A stretch of 64,000 nt of DNA from Spirochaetia bacterium (GTDB lineage Bacteria > Spirochaetota > Spirochaetia > CADAEX01): positions 64,001-128,000 of the forward strand of contig CAXXHA010000001.1 in NCBI GenBank assembly GCA_963662265.2, read 5' to 3'. Below the pieces are notes generated by a model, which was given only the letters and a program-made list of their open reading frames with translations, did not search any database and was not told where the DNA came from. This document shows, piece by piece, positions 40,060 to 50,239 of this stretch. The translations under genes were made by a program, and so were the position numbers. The first letter of the stretch is position 1; every line of letters starts with the position of its first letter.

Positions 40060-40566
40060 TTATTCAACAATACTGATGTCATTCTCTTTAACACCTGAAA
40101 CAAAATTCTTCTCGTTTATGAATTTTGCCAAAGGACCTGAAGGAGATGTGGGATGAATGTCTACTGTAAGAACACCTTTCATCGGATAAACACCAACACG
40201 AGCAGTTCCACCACAGTCTATTACTGCTACAGCAATTTTGCTGAAATCAGCATTTGATTTAAATCCATCAAATGTTTCGCCCCCAGTAAGATCCGCAATT
40301 TTCTGTGCAACAGGGTGTATTCCTCCGCCAGTAACAGAATATATCAGATTCTTATCATCAGTAGGCTCTATTTCAAGCGGGCCGCCCCATCCTCTTGAAC
40401 CACATTTAATCCGGCATCTTTTATATGCACCATTTGATGATCTTTTTACAGGTTCAACTACAGGATTCTGTTCTAATGCCTCAGTGTTTTCTGCTTCATT
40501 CTTTACCGGTTCGGTTTCAGGAGCTTCCCCCACCATAGCCTTTTTTAATTTATTCCAAAATGACAT
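40060..40566 (-). CDS. Glucitol-family PTS EIIB (stand-alone N-terminal half of SrlE)
   Basis: GWGGPL, VTGGGIHP, IDCGGTARVGVYP and SGPLA motifs. Confidence 0.88.
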   Translation of the reverse strand: MSFWNKLKKAMVGEAPETEPVKNEAENTEALEQNPVVEPVKRSSNGAYKRCRIKCGSRGWGGPLEIEPTDDKNLIYSVTGGGIHPVAQKIADLTGGETFDGFKSNADFSKIAVAVIDCGGTARVGVYPMKGVLTVDIHPTSPSGPLAKFINEKNFVSGVKENDISIVE

Positions 40567-40581
40567 TCATCTCTCCCTTAT

Positions 40582-41127
40582 TTATTTTGAATAGAGACCT
40601 GCACTTGCAAACCAAGCAAGAACAACTGCTAAAGGTCCTGTAACCATACGGGAAAACAGAACTGCCGGAACACCAATCTCAACTGTCTCAGGTTCTGCTT
40701 CTCCAAGAGAAAGACCAACAGGTATAAAGTCGCAACCAACTTGAGGATTAATTGCAAATAAAGCGGGAAGAGCATACTGAGGTGCTATATTTCCTCTTCC
40801 TATCTCAACACCAATCAAAGTACCAATAACCTGAGCTATAACAGCACCTGGGCCAAGAAGGGGAGATAAAAATGGAAGACCAATAATTACAGACATAATA
40901 AGAAGTCCAATTATATTTCCTGCAAGTCCTGTTAATCCTTCTGCAATAATTGTTCCAATATTTGTTGCCAGAATAATACCAATTATCAAACTGATAAATG
41001 CCATAAAAGGAATAACATTTTTTATAACAGAATCAACAGCATCCCGTCCTGCCTGATAAAGAGCTGCTACTACAGTACCGGCTCCCCGTCCAATTTTATT
41101 TAAAGATTTTATTACTGCATTTGCCAT
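40582..41127 (-). CDS. Glucitol-family PTS EIIC2 (stand-alone C-terminal half of SrlE)
   Basis: YQAGRD, IPFMAF, LSPLLGPGAVIAQV, ALPALFAIN and GVPAVL motifs. Confidence 0.88.
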   Translation of the reverse strand: MANAVIKSLNKIGRGAGTVVAALYQAGRDAVDSVIKNVIPFMAFISLIIGIILATNIGTIIAEGLTGLAGNIIGLLIMSVIIGLPFLSPLLGPGAVIAQVIGTLIGVEIGRGNIAPQYALPALFAINPQVGCDFIPVGLSLGEAEPETVEIGVPAVLFSRMVTGPLAVVLAWFASAGLYSK

Positions 41128-41136
41128 ATATTCCCC

Positions 41137-41670
41137 CTATACTTCTGCTTTTTTCCACATAACAGCAGTTATTCTCTCAGTCACAATACCTCTGATAAAA
41201 ATAACAACAAGACCAACAAGCATATATCTTATAGCAAGGTCCCCAAGACCAAGACCCAGCTGGGTAATTCCTGCTGCAATACCTGACCATACAAAGATTT
41301 CTCCAGGATTTATATGCGGGAAAATCCCCAACGGCGGATGCACATATGAAACAGCTGCATCATAAAATGCGGGCTTGAATTTCTCAGGTAAAAATCGCCC
41401 CATTGTATAAGCCATCGGATTTGTCAAAAAGAAAACTGACAGAAACGGTAGCAGTATATATCTGATAGGATAAAAAAGAATCCCATCACGAGCTGCCCAT
41501 TTCCCAACTCTTTCAATTTTTTCAGGACCTATTAATGCTATAAGTGCATTTACAGCTGTCATCAATACGATGAGCAATGGTACAATGCCTGTGACAAGAC
41601 CCAGAAACGTTTGGCCGCCCGTTTGGAATAGCCCGATAAAACTTTCAGCAAATTTTGCTAAACTTTCCAT
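41137..41670 (-). CDS. srlA: Glucitol-family PTS EIIC1
   Basis: FIGLFQTGG, NPMAYTMGRFLPEK and FPHINPGE motifs. Confidence 0.92.
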   Translation of the reverse strand: MESLAKFAESFIGLFQTGGQTFLGLVTGIVPLLIVLMTAVNALIALIGPEKIERVGKWAARDGILFYPIRYILLPFLSVFFLTNPMAYTMGRFLPEKFKPAFYDAAVSYVHPPLGIFPHINPGEIFVWSGIAAGITQLGLGLGDLAIRYMLVGLVVIFIRGIVTERITAVMWKKAEV

Positions 41671-41747
41671 AATTTTCTCCTTAAGAATGTAATTGTTACA
41701 AGCCTGATAATTCAGACTAAAAAAATTATCCTACTTTCAAAACCTTA

Positions 41748-42158
41748 CTAAACAGGCTTTTCAAGTAAGTTTTTTTCCCTATCATGTTTGATTATGAATT
41801 TTGCGGAATTTATAAAAGCTTCAAGCAGTTTTTTATCCAGATCAAGCTTCTCTGGATTTTCTTCCAGTTCATAAATCTTTGATCCTTTCAAACTGTTAAC
41901 TTTTTTCAGATTTGCAAAAACGGTAAATCCAGAAAGTTTACATGCATGAATAATTTCTCTTTCCTTATTAACTACCAGTACTGCATAAATCTTTCTTTTC
42001 CAGTTGCTACCAGCCATACCGATGCTTGAAGCATCTCCATCTTTTTTAAGCTCATAGTATTTCTTATAAAATCTCCTGGTTTGAAAAAGTGAAAGTATAA
42101 GTTGAACCACCCACAGCAAACCAACAACTAAAAAAAGCCATCCATATTTTTCAATCAC
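41748..42158 (-). CDS. gutM: GutM-family activator
   Basis: N-terminal TM ending QLILSLFQ, plus SGFTVFA; position in a glucitol PTS operon. Confidence 0.8.
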   Translation of the reverse strand: MIEKYGWLFLVVGLLWVVQLILSLFQTRRFYKKYYELKKDGDASSIGMAGSNWKRKIYAVLVVNKEREIIHACKLSGFTVFANLKKVNSLKGSKIYELEENPEKLDLDKKLLEAFINSAKFIIKHDREKNLLEKPV

Positions 42159-42176
42159 TAAGTACTCCTTATTTTT

Positions 42177-43130
42177 TTAGCTTGCCATTGAAAGAACTGC
42201 TTTCATGGTTTTATCATCACTAACCAGAATATTTATCCATTTTCCTTTTATTGCAGCATAAATAGGCATAATCTTTTCAGGCCCGGTACTAACTGCAATA
42301 ACTGATTTGATCTTTTTTAATTCTTCCAGATGAAGACCAATAACTCTTTTATTTAAATCGACATCCAGTATTTCACCACTTCTTCCAATTTGATTTCCAA
42401 GAATATCCCCCGCAGGGTGTTTGTTTTCAAGCTCTTTGAGTGATAACTGATCAATCAGTCCTCCATCCATTAAACCGGAATTATGCTTAACAACATTTCC
42501 TATTCCTACAATTGCAAGATCTACTTGTGAAGCTTTTTCCATGGCTATTCGAATTGCGACTTCGTTCATCATTCTTTCTTTCATTTCCTTAGTGCTAACA
42601 ACCATCGGAGCCGGGAAGTAGTAATACACTGCACATATTTTCTTTGCAAGCTTTCTAGTCATATCAATTCCATCATACTCGGGAGAATCAAGAAGAACTG
42701 ATCCTGAAAGCTGTACAACCTCGGACTTGTTGATTTTTATTTCAGGCATGCTCTTCAGGGTGGAATAAATTGTCCTGGACCACCCGACACCCACCTTGAT
42801 ACCTGGCTTGAGATAATCCATTACACAGATGCCTGAAAGTTTACCGACCATTTTTGCGATCATATCCTGATTAACAAGGTTTTCTGTATTAATAATTCGA
42901 ATATCCTTTAATCCAAATTTTCTCATAGCTTCTTTTTCCATTAAATGATTACGCTTAAGAGGGTATCGTACTTTAACTTCAATCAAACCATACTCACGGA
43001 TATCATTAAGCATTCTTGAGACCATTGAACGAGATTTCCCAATCAGTTTACCTATTTCATCCTGACTCAGACGATCCTCATAATACCAAACAGCTACTTG
43101 TGCAAGGATTTCCTTTCGACGAGTATTCAT
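42177..43130 (-). CDS. SorC/DeoR sugar-binding transcriptional regulator
   Basis: YYEDRLSQDEIG...SRSMVSRML HTH, GVGWSRT, VGIG, AGDI and LVSD motifs. Confidence 0.92.
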   Translation of the reverse strand: MNTRRKEILAQVAVWYYEDRLSQDEIGKLIGKSRSMVSRMLNDIREYGLIEVKVRYPLKRNHLMEKEAMRKFGLKDIRIINTENLVNQDMIAKMVGKLSGICVMDYLKPGIKVGVGWSRTIYSTLKSMPEIKINKSEVVQLSGSVLLDSPEYDGIDMTRKLAKKICAVYYYFPAPMVVSTKEMKERMMNEVAIRIAMEKASQVDLAIVGIGNVVKHNSGLMDGGLIDQLSLKELENKHPAGDILGNQIGRSGEILDVDLNKRVIGLHLEELKKIKSVIAVSTGPEKIMPIYAAIKGKWINILVSDDKTMKAVLSMAS

Positions 43131-43153
43131 GTTTCCCCCTGTCCTTCAAAACC

Positions 43154-43218
43154 TCACATATGTGAATTAATATTCATAATGTTGTAAAAATAGTAACTTG
43201 AGGTTTTCTATATGTCAA
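43154..43218 (-). promoter_or_regulatory. PTS operon promoter with palindromic operator
   Basis: TTGACA-17-TACTAT (43218-43190) and TCACATATGTGA (43154-43165). Confidence 0.65.
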
Positions 43219-43288
43219 GTTTTTTATTACAAATGATAATTTTTATAATTATTTTTTACATATTCTAATAATCTTCTATATATAAAGA

Positions 43289-43395
43289 TGGTATTCCCCA
43301 AAACAGTAGACACTTAATATCCTCAGAAACAGAGGAGTATTAAAGAGCCAAAGAGTCCCAACACAGAAGAATTTAAAGCAGAAATATTGAAGTAA
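43289..43395 (+). mobile_element. IS3-family left-end remnant
   Basis: TGGTATTCCCCAAAACAGTAGACAC IR-like end, AGGAG, and a decayed orfA start (TEEFKAEILK*). Confidence 0.55.
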
Positions 43396-43410
43396 ATAAT
43401 GTAAGAAGGG

Positions 43411-43436
43411 CGTATCGTTGCAAAATTATATCTGCA
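43411..43436 (+). repeat. Orphan copy of the IS terminal repeat
   Basis: CGTATCGTTGCAAAATTATATCTGCA versus the IS end CGTACCGTTGCAAAATTATGTCCGCA. Confidence 0.7.
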
Positions 43437-43516
43437 GAAATATTTGATATAAAAAAATTAAATTGAGCTGTTAATTCATTATATTTATGACAAAATCCAA
43501 TATTCGTTCAGCGGCA

Positions 43517-43966
43517 TTAAGAGTTTCTATAACTTCCTGTGTAAAGATTCTTGAATATTGAGAGGGGCAAAATTTCAGCTCCCCCCCCCGGGAGGCTGAT
43601 ATTATAAAAATCATCAGAAACCTGGATAGAGTAAAATATTTTAAGACATTTTATTTTGCCAATAAAATGGTGAAGTGTAAACCAGAGCCTGTCAACAATC
43701 AGTATATCAGGCTGAAGTTCTACAAGAGTCAGATAGAGAGCGAATTCTCGATAATTACTGCTGTCGAGCTGTCTGGACGTTTCAGCCGGTATTTCAAAAT
43801 GCTTAACATTAAGCCTATCTGCAATTGAAGCTGTTACAGCATCTGCATTACTGAGTATTAAAAAATCACAGGAGACCCCCATCCGTCTCAATCCCTGGCA
43901 GATAGAAATCCCCTGTACAATTCTTCCAGTACCTGCAATACTTGAAGTATAATATATTACTCTCAT
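43517..43966 (-). pseudogene. Truncated glycosyltransferase-like gene
   Basis: YYTSSIAGTGR...LQPDILIVD GT-B-like N-terminus; ends early after a G-rich run. Confidence 0.5.
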
Positions 43967-43972
43967 CCTAGT

Positions 43973-45075
43973 TTAGCAGTGCATATAGAAATAAAACGGA
44001 TCATGACCTGGTTCCACATCAGACGGATTAAAAAGAAAAAAATCCTCTTCTCTTCTTGTATCAAGTGCAACTATCCTGTTCATTTTATACTTGTTTTCAT
44101 CATTCATAGGAACCATAGTATTCTCATCAATAATATAAAGCCATCTTGAATCACCAGAAGGAAGAAACCTGCTGGGACCGTAAAACTCCTTGTCTGACAT
44201 TTTAGAAGAGCTTATTGTATCTATAGCATTGAAAGAGGCATCAAAACATATAATCCTGTTGTTTTCAAAAGTATAAACAGGATCCCAGCTTCTCTGTTCA
44301 AAAACTGCACCGTATGTTTTACCGTTAAGAACTGTAATATCTTTCCCGCGCTGTTTTCCAGGAAGAAGATAATATTCCGATAATAAATTCTTCGTAAGGC
44401 TTACTTAACAAAAACCTGATGAAGCACCCGGATCGTATTTTTCAAAAGCTAGGTAGAGATTCCCCTCCCCGTCAAGACACATTCCATTGAACTTGCTAGT
44501 CCTATAACCCTGAAGCATACCGATACCAGAGACTACAGAAGCAGGAGATGAAATATCAAGTGATTTCTTAAAGACTTTTCCTCCCTGTCATTGAGCGTAA
44601 AATACAAGATCCCTTCAGCTATATCGATTGTAAAAGCATCAACCCTGTCGCCATCAACAAACATTTTCTTGATAGAATTACCGGTATCAGATACAGAAAA
44701 TAATCCCGAAACATCTTTACCCGCGCTTGAAATATATATTTTCCCTGAATTGTCAATAAATACATCAGACGGCATAAATCTGTGACAAGAAGAAGCATTC
44801 ACATCAGATGATGTAAACTCGCGCCAGAGCAAAGATTCCTTGTTTATAGAATCAACATATATAACTTTACCAGCATCAGAGTCGGGAATAACAAGTGAAT
44901 CAAAAGGATAATTACGGCCGGATCCTGTACTGTTTGATGCAGAAGCATCTGCACTGCATGACAGAAATGTTAATATTGCCAGAGAATATATAATCAAATC
45001 TCTGGCATGTTGTTTCTTAATGATTTTTTTAAAATTACTTCCAATTACAGAAATATCTAAAACATGAAAAACCAT
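43973..45075 (-). pseudogene. Fragmented lipoprotein (beta-propeller-like)
   Basis: Lipobox FLSC, PSDVFIDNSGKIYIS repeat-type motif; broken into 44533-45075, intervening fragments and 43973-44200. Confidence 0.5.
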
Positions 45076-45180
45076 TTATAACTCCTTTTATATTTTGTTT
45101 TCTTTTAAAGAGAACAGTAACACAATAGTTTTTTTCCATTTTAAATACTTTTCTCAAAAGGATTAATTTAATTCACCTTT

Positions 45181-45345
45181 GTATCATTGCAAAATTATAT
45201 CCACGATAATATTCATACCCGGGATTGCGGGGATAACAGATATTTTGCAGGCAGCAACAGAAATAAGACATATAATATTATCTACACATGGATAAAAAAC
45301 AGAAAAATTATTTATTTTCTCAACGGACGATTTATGCAACCGGAC
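45181..45345. mobile_element. MITE copy 1 (~165 bp) with IS-derived ends
   Basis: Ends GTATCATTGCAAAATT and CGGACGATTTATGCAACCGGAC; colinear with 58748-58907. Confidence 0.78.
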
Positions 45346-45526
45346 GGGCAGGATAATCTTACTAACCACAGAATAATCCCACCTTATCAGCGGGAGTATT
45401 ATTCTGATTACAAATCGATTGGAAAAAACGAACCTTCAAATGTTGGAGAACACGTGGGGGTTAGTTCAATACAGCTGGGAGATCAGTGTTAAAGAAGATT
45501 TATTACTAAATTCATTGATAAATCTC

Positions 45527-45551
45527 CACGAACGACTTTTGTAACGGTACG
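45527..45551 (-). repeat. Additional IS-type right end
   Basis: Reverse complement reads CGTACCGTTACAAAAGTCGTTCGTG. Confidence 0.6.
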
Positions 45552-45563
45552 GGGATAAAGTTA

Positions 45564-47297
45564 TTAAACCTTCAGGTTATCAAATGCATTCAACATTTTT
45601 TTCAGAAGATCCGGTTTTTGGTTTATATCAGAATTTAAAATGAATTGTTTCCTCTGATTGAACCGTTCTTTTAAAATACTCAAGTAATCTTCTTTATTAT
45701 TTACATTGTCTACAGAATATAAATGGCTGTAATTTGGTATAATCCTGTCAATCACTTCAGGCTTGGGGACAAGTGCGCCGCCGAGCATATCCCACTCTTC
45801 CCATTCAAGCTCTCCCATTAAAACAGCAGTCTGTAAGCGAAGACTTGATTTCAAAGATATATCTGTTAAATCTGTATCACTGCTCTTCCAGAATCCACCG
45901 GAATTAAAGACATAACACTCGGTCCCTGCATTTACAACATTTAAAAAGCCTTCTACATCTTTATATAATTCATATACCCTGAACGGATTAGCGTATGGTT
46001 CAAATACAAGCCTTTTCATATCTTCAAGTGATACATTCTCCGCTGTACTCCGCTTAGTCATTAATGTTGCTCCCATGGCAATTCCCAGTTCCCTGCTCTC
46101 ACACTTCAGCACAGGAGGCAGGGTAGAATCTTTCATCAGCCAGCAAATGTAATTCGGGTATCCAATTTTGTTTGTATAATTCCCAAGTAAATCTCTGTCA
46201 AGAATAGCTCTACTGTTGCCGTTTCTTATATCCAGAGCTAAAGGAACGACTTTTCCGTTTTTCTCGATTGTTCCATTATTTTGAGTTGATATCACATAGT
46301 TCCAGTCCGGGTGGTCCGGGTCCCTGGAATCCATTTTATCAAACAGGCTGGGTTCCCAGACACGGCAGCACTTGTTCTTTACATCAATTTGAAATGCATC
46401 ATCATGTAAAATTGTCGTTTTTACCCCATCAGGTAATGAACCTTTATTATCCTTGGAATTTGTATGCGAAGATTTACCGCTTCCGGACAAGCCGAAAAAA
46501 CCAATCACCTTTTTACCCAGTTTCTGAGACTCTTTGCTTTTTGTGAAATCAACTTCTTTTATTCCGCCATGGCAGGCAACCTGTCCCAGTCGCATTCCGC
46601 TCGACCAGGCTAAGGTCAATGTCCCTTTTTTCAGTTCGCCGAAATATCTCATCCCCAGATTAAACACGACATTTTCATAAGGATCAAAAATAGCCAGCAT
46701 ATCTCCGAATTCAGGATATTTTGTGTTTTTCCATTCAGGATATGATATAAAAAGTATATCCTGAAGCGGTAATTGTTTACTGTTCTCATATTCATATCTT
46801 AATGAATCAACCCAGGCAAAATTTACAAGCCAGTTAAACATATTAGAGGCATTTGATTGTGTTGTACTGAGGATTGCCCGCAGCATCAGATCTTTATCCA
46901 TACCGAGAATTGCTTCAGTCATAATAATTTTTTTCTGCTTCATCTCATAAACAGCGTCCAGACAAATATTTTCAAGTTTTTTCCTGGTAGCTGCATCCTG
47001 TTTGTTATAAAAGATCCTTGCCTTTGCTGTTCTGCCGACAACCGAACCGTGACAATCATCCAGAACTGTTGCACCGGGGCCCAGCCCCAGTCTTTTCCTG
47101 GCAGGTTCGTAAATTGGTAAATCTGTAACAGAAATATGAGGCAATTGCCTGGCCATTTCATATGCTCTTTCCGGGCTTACCCGCATTTCAATATTACCGC
47201 TGTCATTTCTGGTGGTAACCATGGATATGGCAATTGCCCTGAGGCGAGACATTTTTTTCAAGTCGGCATAATGATAAATTGAAGATCTGGTAGCCAT
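45564..47297 (-). CDS. pckA: PEP carboxykinase (ATP)-family protein
   Basis: YFGELKKGTLT, CHGG, FFGLSGSGKS P-loop, ILHDD, RNGNSR and PYANPFR motifs. Confidence 0.82.
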   Translation of the reverse strand: MATRSSIYHYADLKKMSRLRAIAISMVTTRNDSGNIEMRVSPERAYEMARQLPHISVTDLPIYEPARKRLGLGPGATVLDDCHGSVVGRTAKARIFYNKQDAATRKKLENICLDAVYEMKQKKIIMTEAILGMDKDLMLRAILSTTQSNASNMFNWLVNFAWVDSLRYEYENSKQLPLQDILFISYPEWKNTKYPEFGDMLAIFDPYENVVFNLGMRYFGELKKGTLTLAWSSGMRLGQVACHGGIKEVDFTKSKESQKLGKKVIGFFGLSGSGKSSHTNSKDNKGSLPDGVKTTILHDDAFQIDVKNKCCRVWEPSLFDKMDSRDPDHPDWNYVISTQNNGTIEKNGKVVPLALDIRNGNSRAILDRDLLGNYTNKIGYPNYICWLMKDSTLPPVLKCESRELGIAMGATLMTKRSTAENVSLEDMKRLVFEPYANPFRVYELYKDVEGFLNVVNAGTECYVFNSGGFWKSSDTDLTDISLKSSLRLQTAVLMGELEWEEWDMLGGALVPKPEVIDRIIPNYSHLYSVDNVNNKEDYLSILKERFNQRKQFILNSDINQKPDLLKKMLNAFDNLKV

Positions 47298-47320
47298 TTT
47301 ATACTCCTTTCCAGCCGCAG

Positions 47321-48604
47321 CTATAATTCTTTAGCTGCTTTGAAAATTATACTATAAAGCTCTTCAATTTTTTCAATATCTACTGAAGAAAAAGCAACCC
47401 TTAGATATTTTCCTGCTATGGAAATTGCACCTGTTTTATATTTGTCCAGAAGCAGCTTTCTGAGCTTTTCAGCATCTTTTTCAATTACTTCAAAAGTCAT
47501 GAAGTATCCTGAATTAAAAGGCAGCGCTTTAAGCGGCACATCAGATGGAATTCCTGATATAACATTCTTAACCTTTAAATACCTTTCATTCATTATTTTA
47601 AAAGCTTCATCCTTTTCACTGTGATAAGATCTGCTTTCAAGACCTTTTAGAAGAAGTGTCTGCGATATCTTGCTGCAGCTTGAAATAGAAGCCCTGACAG
47701 CACCCATTGTCTTGCGTTCTACAGCTTCATACTGTTCAGAACTTATATCCTTGCCGCCATATGTTATAAAACCTACCCTGAATCCCCATACAAGCTCTTC
47801 TTTTGTTGCGCCGTCAATCTTTACCGCAAGAATATTTTTATGAGCATCGGCAAGCTTTGAAAAAAGTGACTCATTGTTTGTCTCGTCTTCATAAAACAGT
47901 CCGAAATAGGCATCATCACATACAACCATTATACTGAATTCCTCATCAGCAAGTTTTACGAAAAGTGAAATAATTTCATCAGCTTCCATCTTTGAAGGAG
48001 AATATCCTGTGGGATTATTGGGGAAATTAAGAAAAACAACTGCTTTTTTGTTTTCAACAGAACGCACGGATTCCTCAAGCGCTTTAAGGTTAATTCTGTC
48101 ACCGTCGAAAAACGGAAAGTTGAGAATTTTTCCTCTGCATCTGCCTTCAACTATAAGCCTGTAATTCCCCCAGAACATATCAGGGACAATTACTGCATCA
48201 TCTTTGTCTACAAATAGATCTGCAATAATTGATATACCGTGAGTAAGGCCTGCAGTTACTATCGGATTTGAAACAGACTTCCCTTCAAGTGAGGGATTTT
48301 TAAAGACCATTTCTTTTTTCCACATTTCACGCAGCCTGGGAAGTCCTGTTGTAGGGGCATAACTGTATATTTCTGATGAATCAAGACCTGAAAGATGTTC
48401 ATTTATTGAAGGAAGAAACATCGGCTTACCTTCAACGGTAGCCATACCTACGGTTGCATTGAATTTTTCAGCTTTGCTGCCTGCTTCTGCAGCCTGTGCA
48501 ATAATACCTTTGGGAAAATAAAATCTTTTCCCAAAATCAGACAACAGTTTATATATTGAGCTCCCATCAAGTGTTTTATTAAGTTCCGTAACAAGAGATT
48601 CCAT
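47321..48604 (-). CDS. Class I/II PLP aminotransferase (aspartate aminotransferase-like)
   Basis: NFPNNPTGY, DDAYFG, DGATKE and GFRVGF motifs. Confidence 0.88.
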   Translation of the reverse strand: MESLVTELNKTLDGSSIYKLLSDFGKRFYFPKGIIAQAAEAGSKAEKFNATVGMATVEGKPMFLPSINEHLSGLDSSEIYSYAPTTGLPRLREMWKKEMVFKNPSLEGKSVSNPIVTAGLTHGISIIADLFVDKDDAVIVPDMFWGNYRLIVEGRCRGKILNFPFFDGDRINLKALEESVRSVENKKAVVFLNFPNNPTGYSPSKMEADEIISLFVKLADEEFSIMVVCDDAYFGLFYEDETNNESLFSKLADAHKNILAVKIDGATKEELVWGFRVGFITYGGKDISSEQYEAVERKTMGAVRASISSCSKISQTLLLKGLESRSYHSEKDEAFKIMNERYLKVKNVISGIPSDVPLKALPFNSGYFMTFEVIEKDAEKLRKLLLDKYKTGAISIAGKYLRVAFSSVDIEKIEELYSIIFKAAKEL

Positions 48605-48691
48605 AGTATTCTCCAAATAATTGCTGAAGGCAATACACCTTCGATTGCTATACTGTCTAATTATATTACCTTTTTTTATTTTCAGGTATTT

Positions 48692-50014
48692 TCAGACTGC
48701 ACTTTTATGATAATCCTGCATATTATCCACCAGGACCTGGATAACTTTTTCATATTTATCAAGAGGAACAGCAATCATCATTGTGATTGGAGATCCTCCA
48801 TAATTTATTGCATCAATTATAATATCAGAGGACTTCAATGCAGTAAGTACTTTAGTAGATATACCAGGATCAGTCTTCAAACCTTCACCTACAACACCAA
48901 TAACCGCAACTTCATCGCCAATTGAGAAACCGTCTGCCTGTATCTCATCTACAAGTTTATTGAAAATAAGTTCCCATTCTTGTTCACTTCTTCCATCAGA
49001 AACAACATATAGACTCAATGTATCAAAACCTTTCATTTCAAATTCAGCATCAACACCTTCACTTTTTAATTTCTCAACAATCTGTGCTGATATTTGAGGA
49101 GACTTGTTCATCATGAATTTTTCAACAGTAATTCGTCTATAAGGTTTTTTTCCGGAAACTCCAACAATCAATGCACCCTCTGTCTCCCTGTCTGCAACAA
49201 TATATGTACCTGGTGCAGAAGGATCATTTGTATTCTTGACATTTATCGGAATACCAATTGACTTCACTGGTGCAATTGCCTCTTCATGAAAAACACTTGC
49301 ACCGATAGAAGCCATCTCCCTGATTTCACGATATGTTATCTGTTTTATAGGTTTTGGATTTTCTGCTACGCGCGGATCTGCCATCAGTATACCGGAAACA
49401 TCAGTCCAGTTTTCATAAACATCTGCGTTTACAGCTCTTGCAGCAATTGCACCTGATATATCTGACCCTCCCCTTGAAAAAGTCTTTAACTCGCCTTTCA
49501 AGGTAGCTCCATAAAAACCGGGGAGAACAACTAGTTTTTCACCTTTCATATATTCAGCTAAAAGCTCATATGAACTATCATGAACCCTTCCATCTTCTGT
49601 AAGCCGTATTACATTTTCAGCATCAATAAATTTAGCTCCAAGAGCATCCGCAATCAGCATGGCGCTTAAATACTCGCCGCGGCTGGCTGCATAATCAGGT
49701 GTACAACCGTTTTTAATCCTGATCCCTATCTCATCAATTACCGGCTCAAGATCTGTAGAAATCTGCAGTTCTTTTGCTATTTCCAGATACCTTGATTTAA
49801 TCAGATTAAAAGGAATATCAATAGATTTCCCCTGTTCAGCCAGAGAATGACATTTATAAAGTAAATCAGTAATCTTTTCATCTGATTGATTTCTTTTCCC
49901 AGGAGCTGAAACAATTACAAGACTTCTTGAAGGGTCCTCTTCAAATATTGCCTTTACTTTTCTGATTTGAGCAGAATCTGCAACAGAACTGCCTCCGAAT
50001 TTACATACTTTCAA
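48692..50014 (-). CDS. lysC: Aspartate kinase
   Basis: KFGGSSVA, VSAPGKR, SRGE, FSRGGSD and WTDVSG motifs, plus ACT domains. Confidence 0.93.
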   Translation of the reverse strand: MKVCKFGGSSVADSAQIRKVKAIFEEDPSRSLVIVSAPGKRNQSDEKITDLLYKCHSLAEQGKSIDIPFNLIKSRYLEIAKELQISTDLEPVIDEIGIRIKNGCTPDYAASRGEYLSAMLIADALGAKFIDAENVIRLTEDGRVHDSSYELLAEYMKGEKLVVLPGFYGATLKGELKTFSRGGSDISGAIAARAVNADVYENWTDVSGILMADPRVAENPKPIKQITYREIREMASIGASVFHEEAIAPVKSIGIPINVKNTNDPSAPGTYIVADRETEGALIVGVSGKKPYRRITVEKFMMNKSPQISAQIVEKLKSEGVDAEFEMKGFDTLSLYVVSDGRSEQEWELIFNKLVDEIQADGFSIGDEVAVIGVVGEGLKTDPGISTKVLTALKSSDIIIDAINYGGSPITMMIAVPLDKYEKVIQVLVDNMQDYHKSAV

Positions 50015-50239
50015 TTCACAAAACTCCTATTCTTCATCAGTAAATTGCAGATCTTCTTTATTACAAGGAACTGCTGTTTCGTAAGCTTTAACTGCATTTT
50101 TATAATCGCAGCTGATTTCTACAGCTTCAATTCCAGATATTGCTTCTCTCAGCCTGAATACAGTTTTCCTTAGATAACATGCAAGAAGATCTGCTTATCA
50201 ATTTTGTTTGAAATTTATTTATTTTTATCCCGCCGGGTA

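Noticed and set aside
45187-45492. 101-aa ORF
   Set aside because: Lies over the MITE and IR remnants, and the frame is not evidently kept in the second MITE copy.
50027-50194. 55-codon open frame between asd and lysC (minus strand)
   Set aside because: No start codon or RBS; it would need another assumed frameshift.
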